A DNA stretch of 64,000 nucleotides from Arenicellales bacterium. GTDB lineage: Bacteria > Pseudomonadota > Gammaproteobacteria > Arenicellales > JAJDZL01. A model generated the notes under the pieces. That model was given only the letters and a program-made list of their open reading frames with translations. It was not told where the DNA came from and searched no databases. Positions 58,568 to 64,000 of this stretch are shown here, in pieces; the stretch's first letter is position 1, and every line of letters starts with the position of its first letter. The DNA is taken from positions 3,711,070-3,775,069 of the forward strand of contig OY282380.1 in the NCBI GenBank assembly GCA_958295885.1, in the 5' to 3' direction. A program made the translations under genes and the position numbers.

Positions 58568-59887
58568 TTAGTTGTCATCTCGCTGTCGAATCCAGTCAAG
58601 ATAGGCTTTAATTCTCTTTTCCACTCCACGTTCAACTGGCAGATAGTAAATCGATTTTCTCATTCCAGCTGGGAAATAGTTCTCGCCTGCTGCCAATGCA
58701 TCCGGTTCGTCGTGAGCATAACGGTAATCCCTGCCGTACCCAAGTTCTCTGTTCAATCGAGTCGTGGCATTCCGTAGATGAAGTGGCACTTCCAAGTGTC
58801 CGAATTTTTTTGCATCTTCGCTGGAGCGTTGAAACGCTTTGTAAACCGAATTGCTTTTCGGACTGCAGGCGAGATAAACGACGGCTTGAGCGATTGCCAA
58901 TTCCCCTTCGGGTGATCCCAGCCGATGGTAGGTATCCCATGCATTCAGCGCGATGTTCAGTGCACTTGGGTCGGCGTTTCCAACATCTTCACTTGCGATT
59001 CGTAGAATTCTTCTTGCGACATACAGGGGGTCGCACCCTCCTTCGAGCATTCTCGCAAGCCAATAAAGGGAAGCATCTGGATCAGAGCCTCGCACTGATT
59101 TGTGAAGTGCTGAAATTTGCTCATAGAACTGGTCGCCGTATTTGTCGAAAGCTGTACCTGCCTCCTGAGCGATTTCTTTGGCAAGATCAAGCGTAACGGC
59201 ATTTCGTTCATCATGTTTCAAAATGCCAACTGCCATGTCAATGAAATTCAGCACCCTGCGTGCATCACCGCCGGCTGCATGCGCAAAAACCTCTCGAGCC
59301 TCTGGAGCAATTTGAAAATCACTCTTGAATACCTCTTTACCAACCAGCATACAGCGATCCATGACTTGATTCAAAGCATGAACAGTAAGAGGTTTCAGCA
59401 CATATACCTTCAATCTCGACAACAGTGCGGCATTGACCTCAAAACTCGGATTTTGGGTTGTTGCTCCAATAAAGATGAGATCGCCATTTTCAACAGAAGG
59501 CAGAAATGCATCCTGCTGCGACTTGTTGAACCTGTGAACCTCGTCTACAAAAAGCACCGTTGCTTTTCCTTCGCGCTTCGCAGCTTGGCCGGCTTGAACA
59601 TATTCGCGAATTTCCTTGATGCCACTTCGGACCGCTGACATCGCATACATCCTGGCATTTAGAGATCGGGCTACAATCCTTGCGAGAGTTGTCTTGCCGG
59701 AACCAGCAGGTCCCCAAAATATGATGGAGTGCGCCACTTTGTTAGTGATAGCCGATCGAAGAGGCTTATCAGGCCCGAGAATGTGGTCCTGGCCAAATAT
59801 CTCGTTGATCGAAGTCGGCCGAAGAAGTTCGGCGAGAGGCGTAAGGTGCGATTTGAGCTCGATCAAACTGTCGTTTGGATCATTCAA
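58568..59887 (-). CDS. rarA: replication-associated recombination protein A (AAA+ ATPase)
   Basis: 439 aa with Walker A GPAGSGKTTLA and FVDEVHRFNKSQQD. The lolA-rarA-serS synteny is conserved. Confidence 0.95.
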   Translation of the reverse strand: MNDPNDSLIELKSHLTPLAELLRPTSINEIFGQDHILGPDKPLRSAITNKVAHSIIFWGPAGSGKTTLARIVARSLNARMYAMSAVRSGIKEIREYVQAGQAAKREGKATVLFVDEVHRFNKSQQDAFLPSVENGDLIFIGATTQNPSFEVNAALLSRLKVYVLKPLTVHALNQVMDRCMLVGKEVFKSDFQIAPEAREVFAHAAGGDARRVLNFIDMAVGILKHDERNAVTLDLAKEIAQEAGTAFDKYGDQFYEQISALHKSVRGSDPDASLYWLARMLEGGCDPLYVARRILRIASEDVGNADPSALNIALNAWDTYHRLGSPEGELAIAQAVVYLACSPKSNSVYKAFQRSSEDAKKFGHLEVPLHLRNATTRLNRELGYGRDYRYAHDEPDALAAGENYFPAGMRKSIYYLPVERGVEKRIKAYLDWIRQRDDN

Positions 59888-59928
59888 AATTTGGAGGCTG
59901 ATTCAATTTTCCTCACAGCAAGCGCTCG

Positions 59929-60582
59929 CTACTGCTCTCTGGCGTCGATCAAATCAACACCTTTCGGCACTTTAAATTGAAACGTATTGTCATCAAACTT
60001 AGAATTCAGAATGACGTCAATCAACTGAAGACGCGTCGTGTTGTCCAGCAGATCAATAAATTCGACGATTTTCAGGCTGTTTTCATCAAATCCCATTCGC
60101 ATGGATAAAAACTGTGAAGCCCCCTCTTCCTTGGGCGTGATCAACACCCACGCTAATTTCCCCTGAATTCCCAAGTCTTCAAGGATGTTTTGTTCTTCTA
60201 AATCGGAAAGGCCGGCAAGGATCTGTGCGGCAGAACGATCGACCACTTCTTCAAAATTATTGACGGTAGTCTGCTGTAATTCGGAGTCATAAATCCAAAT
60301 CGCTTTTCCGTCACTGACGATGGTTTGGACAAAAGGCTCTCGATATTCCCAACGAAAACGATTGGGGCGAGCAAACCACATCAAGCCAGCGCTCTCTTCA
60401 ATGACATGCAGACCTTCATCCAGCACAACTTGATAGAACTCGGCAAAATAGGTCTGTTCATTTGAAAAAAATTCATCCAACCGCTCCAAAGCGGGTGATG
60501 CATGCACCGCATGGGACAGCCCCCATGCTGCCATTGCTGCAATCAACACTAAGTATTGCCGTAATGATGGAAAATCAATCAT
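59929..60582 (-). CDS. lolA: outer-membrane lipoprotein carrier protein LolA
   Basis: 217 aa with a signal peptide. It lies between ftsK and rarA. Confidence 0.88.
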   Translation of the reverse strand: MIDFPSLRQYLVLIAAMAAWGLSHAVHASPALERLDEFFSNEQTYFAEFYQVVLDEGLHVIEESAGLMWFARPNRFRWEYREPFVQTIVSDGKAIWIYDSELQQTTVNNFEEVVDRSAAQILAGLSDLEEQNILEDLGIQGKLAWVLITPKEEGASQFLSMRMGFDENSLKIVEFIDLLDNTTRLQLIDVILNSKFDDNTFQFKVPKGVDLIDAREQ

Positions 60583-60583
60583 G

Positions 60584-63193
60584 TTAATCCTGTGGTTTGG
60601 GAATTAGGATTTTTCGCTTTCCACCTGCGCCTGCTGGACTAACCACACCTGCTTTTTCCATGCTTTCGATAATTCTTGCGGCTCGGTTGTAACCCACGCG
60701 TAAGTGGCGCTGTACCGAGGAGATCGTAGGCCGGCGCGTCCGTAAAACGAAATCAAGTGCGTTACCATAGAGTTCATCTTCTTCATGATCAAGATTGTTG
60801 GCATATTTAGAATTTGCTGTACCGGCGTTCCCCTCCAGTGCAAGTTCTACACTCTGGTCGTATTGAGGAAAACTTGTCATTTTGATGCTATCGACAACTC
60901 TTTTGACTTCGTCATCCGAAACAAACGCTCCATGGACTCGCTGTGCCACTGCGCTGCCCGGTGGAATGAACAGCATATCACCCTTGCCCAATAGATTTTC
61001 CGCCCCAGCCTGATCAAGAATGGTTCTGGAATCTGCATTTGAAGCAACCTTAAAGCCAATGCGGGTCGGAATATTGGCTTTCAATACACCTCGAATGATA
61101 TCGGTTGAAGGTCGTTGGGTAGCCACAATAAGATGAATTCCTGCTGCTCTGGCCCGTTGCGCAATTCGGATTATCAATTCTTCAGCTTTTCTACCTAAAA
61201 CCATAATTAAATCTGATAATTCGTCAATGATTACAACAATATAGGGAAATGGTTTCAGAGGTGAAGCAGCACTAGGGTCCGGCGCGTTGGGATCCAGAAC
61301 AGGGTGTTCGGAATTACGAATCTGTTCATTGAAATTTTCCATATTGCGAACGCCGATGTGCGCCATTTGGGTGAATCGCCTTTCCATCTCCGAAATGCAC
61401 CACTTCAAAGCGTTCTCTGTCTTCCGCATATCTGTAATCACAGGTGCGAGCAGGTGTGGAATTCCTTCATACACAGAAAACTCAAGCATCTTGGGATCAA
61501 TCATGATCAGACGCAAATCCTCTGGTGTTGACTTAAATAAGAAACTTAGCAGAACAGCGTTGAGGCAGACGGATTTTCCGGCGCCAGTGGTACCGGCAAT
61601 CAACAGATGCGGCATCGATTCAAGATTCGTTATTACAGTGTTGCCTCGTATGTCCTTACCTAAAACAATGGTTAACGGATGATCAGAAGACCCATACTCG
61701 GACGACTCAAGTCCATCCACCAGCTGCACTATGTCACGTTTTTTGTTTGGAACTTCAACTCCAACGTACGGACTTCCAGGAACGTTTTCGACCACGCGCA
61801 CGCTTTGTACGGTAAGTGTTCTCGCTAGGTCCGAGGCTAGATTCACGATCCTGTTTGCTTTGATTCCGGCTGCTGGTTCAATTTCAAACTGAGTGATCAC
61901 CGGCCCGACTTTAGCATCTCGAACTTTGACTGGAACATTGAAATCCGCAAGCATCGCTTCCAATTTCTGTCCAATCTCAATGATTTCCGTCTGGGAGTAA
62001 GCAAACTTGGAACGGCCGGTCTGATCAAGTACGGAAGTATCAGGAAATGCATTGCTTTCATTGTCTTGTTCGTCCGCGACATCCATCTCATCTGAGTAAA
62101 TCGTCTGCTCCTGACGGTACTTTTCTTCATCCAAAAGCTCATTGTCTATGGGATCAACACCAAACGAATCATCCCAAAAATCCCCAGAATCGGATTTATT
62201 TTCGACATATTCACGGTTGCCTTCGCGATCTGAGAAATGAGTTTCATTTTCTCTTTCTTGATGCTCCCTGTCCACAAACTGCTGATTTCCGTTTGTGAGA
62301 TTTTCAACATTGCTTTTCGAATCCATCAATTCGGCTTGAACTGAAGATTTGTCATCGGCATCCAAGTTCCAGATTGGCTGGATTACAGGATCTCTACGCT
62401 CAAGGGTTTTCTTGTAACTGACTTTAGCTTTTCGTTGCTTGGGAAACCACGATCTTTTTGAAAGTTTTGAATCTTTTTTCGTAACAGCTAATGGTTTTGT
62501 TCGTTTTGCCCTGCGCGGAATGCTGTCAGCTTCAACCTGCCTTTTCTTCGTCTCTCTAACCCGGGTTCTAGGTGAACTGGTGGGATGTTTCGGTGCGATC
62601 TTCATTTCTCTTATGTCTTCTGCTTTAGAAGCCTTCCGAGTTGGAAATAAGGAAAGCACTGCACTTCCTGTCATCTCAATGACTCGAAACCAAGGTATGC
62701 CAACCAACGACATGCCTGCCATACTGAGTACTGAAAACAAAACAGCGCCCCAATACGCCTCCATATAGGGTTCGACAGCTCTCGCTACTTCAAATCCCAA
62801 AATTCCTCCATACCGAAAATTGGTTGAGTAGTTGCCGTACAAATTTTCAAGCCCGCAGGCACCGAGTAAAACAAGCAGAAAACCGACGAAAAAAAGAACG
62901 GGATTGAGAATGTGTCTGTCCTTCTGGCTTTTCCATTTGATCCTGTAGTTCCACAAGAACTGAATGACGCAAATCGGGATCAAAAAAGAAACAAATCCAA
63001 ACAGATAAAAGCTGATGTCCGCAATATAGGCGCCTGGTATTCCGCCGAGGTTGGAAACAATTTCAGGTGAGTTTAAGTTGTTCCATCCCGGATCAGCAGA
63101 TGAATAAGTAAAAAGAACAAGAGCATAGGCCATTGCGAATGCGAAGAAAGAAAAGGGAATTATGAGACGAAACACTCGTCCTAGAAACAGCAT
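60584..63193 (-). CDS. ftsK: DNA translocase FtsK
   Basis: 869 aa with N-terminal transmembrane segments, a long low-complexity linker, a motor domain (Walker A GTTGAGKSV; IVIIDELSDL) and a C-terminal gamma (winged-helix) domain. Confidence 0.96.
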   Translation of the reverse strand: MLFLGRVFRLIIPFSFFAFAMAYALVLFTYSSADPGWNNLNSPEIVSNLGGIPGAYIADISFYLFGFVSFLIPICVIQFLWNYRIKWKSQKDRHILNPVLFFVGFLLVLLGACGLENLYGNYSTNFRYGGILGFEVARAVEPYMEAYWGAVLFSVLSMAGMSLVGIPWFRVIEMTGSAVLSLFPTRKASKAEDIREMKIAPKHPTSSPRTRVRETKKRQVEADSIPRRAKRTKPLAVTKKDSKLSKRSWFPKQRKAKVSYKKTLERRDPVIQPIWNLDADDKSSVQAELMDSKSNVENLTNGNQQFVDREHQERENETHFSDREGNREYVENKSDSGDFWDDSFGVDPIDNELLDEEKYRQEQTIYSDEMDVADEQDNESNAFPDTSVLDQTGRSKFAYSQTEIIEIGQKLEAMLADFNVPVKVRDAKVGPVITQFEIEPAAGIKANRIVNLASDLARTLTVQSVRVVENVPGSPYVGVEVPNKKRDIVQLVDGLESSEYGSSDHPLTIVLGKDIRGNTVITNLESMPHLLIAGTTGAGKSVCLNAVLLSFLFKSTPEDLRLIMIDPKMLEFSVYEGIPHLLAPVITDMRKTENALKWCISEMERRFTQMAHIGVRNMENFNEQIRNSEHPVLDPNAPDPSAASPLKPFPYIVVIIDELSDLIMVLGRKAEELIIRIAQRARAAGIHLIVATQRPSTDIIRGVLKANIPTRIGFKVASNADSRTILDQAGAENLLGKGDMLFIPPGSAVAQRVHGAFVSDDEVKRVVDSIKMTSFPQYDQSVELALEGNAGTANSKYANNLDHEEDELYGNALDFVLRTRRPTISSVQRHLRVGYNRAARIIESMEKAGVVSPAGAGGKRKILIPKPQD

Positions 63194-64000
63194 AACTATC
63201 CGGTCAGGTTATTTGAAACTGGTGAATAAGATGAATCGAAACCAACAACTGAAACCCAAAGGACCTGCCAGTGCGGTCTGAAATACTAAAGACAATTCGG
63301 TAATTTTGATTATATGAAATTGTCCAGTTACAAATCGTTCAACATTAGATTCAAGTCAGTCATCTCCAGTATGATTTAGGGTGCGCAGATCTGCGTCAAC
63401 TGAAGAGTTTTCTTCCGCTAAATGCTGAACCAGCATTTGAGAACCCCTGCCAATGGACTTGGAAACTGCCATTGAGGTCGTTATTTGGGAATATTTTCGA
63501 ATTGACGAAGCACTAGGTCCAATAAAAACAAACGTGCGTGTTGAAGTCGTTGCGTACGGAACCGTCAGTAAACGACCGTCTTGGGAAGACTTTCCCTTGC
63601 AAAAATATAATCGAAAATCAATTGGCAAGTGACAGGCTCACCAAACAACAGGCAGCTGAACTCGAGAGAAAAAAGCCTTAGGTTGATTGTGTTCTGATTT
63701 TCGTTTGGCTCTTGAATTAGAACGGCGTCTAAACCTGTCAAACTGGAGGGATGAATGCAATTGAATAACCAGAAGATCTAAAAAATACCTGCTCGAAGAA
63801 ATTCGACAGCCACTTTAACTGGATGAGACACCAGAACCATTGGTGGAAATTCCAACGAACGCTTGACCGAGTAGAATAAGGTAAAATATATTATCATAAT
63901 CAATAAATTATGTGGCTTTATTGATTCATAAGGTGAGTAAAGAATTTGCAGGCGAGGTTATTCGACCTTCTGGAAAATCTGCATAGTCAAGAGGAACCAT

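Noticed and set aside
63356-63628. A 90-aa minus-strand ORF upstream of ftsK as a real gene
   Set aside because: It has no RBS and a Ser/Thr-rich low-information sequence, with only a weak resemblance to a TrxB C-terminus on the unexpected strand.

Overview
This is a gammaproteobacterial chromosomal window with no rRNA, tRNA or CRISPR array visible. About 45 intact housekeeping genes lie in synteny blocks that match the E. coli/Pseudomonas order. The blocks are: (1) dnaE-rnhB-lpxB-lpxA-fabZ-lpxD-skp-bamA-rseP-dxr-cdsA-uppS-frr-pyrH-tsf-rpsB (minus strand, 1-16059), diverging from map-glnD-dapD (20.9-25.2 kb); (2) alr-dnaB-rplI-rpsR-rpsF (25.2-29.1 kb); (3) ssb / MFS / uvrA (35.8-42.6 kb); (4) aceE ... 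aceF-lpdA (42.7-56.5 kb); (5) serS-rarA-lolA-ftsK (56.5-63.2 kb). The junctions between blocks, and the inside of the aceE-aceF operon, are filled with decayed mobile DNA and a few intact accessory genes. The decayed material includes frameshifted IS4-like, IS1634-like, IS1595-like and IS5-like transposase remnants, an Rpn/YhgA-like nuclease pseudogene split by a small inverted-repeat element (MITE-like, with further copies or ends at 32.0 and 47.8 kb), the 5' stump of a group II intron, and a TRAP dctM remnant. Four items deserve a second look. First, an intact NERD-nuclease/SF1-helicase fusion (45782-47473) sits in an ~8.3 kb island that splits aceE from aceF. Second, an intact flavin-reductase-domain + LysR-substrate-binding-domain fusion with no HTH (17882-19048) sits in an IS-bounded islet wedged into the normally short rpsB-map spacer. 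Third, the MITE-like family itself. Fourth, an NCS2 permease carries an extra C-terminal domain. I do not see a clear multi-gene novel system. All functional assignments come from reading the translations and from gene order; no database search was run.
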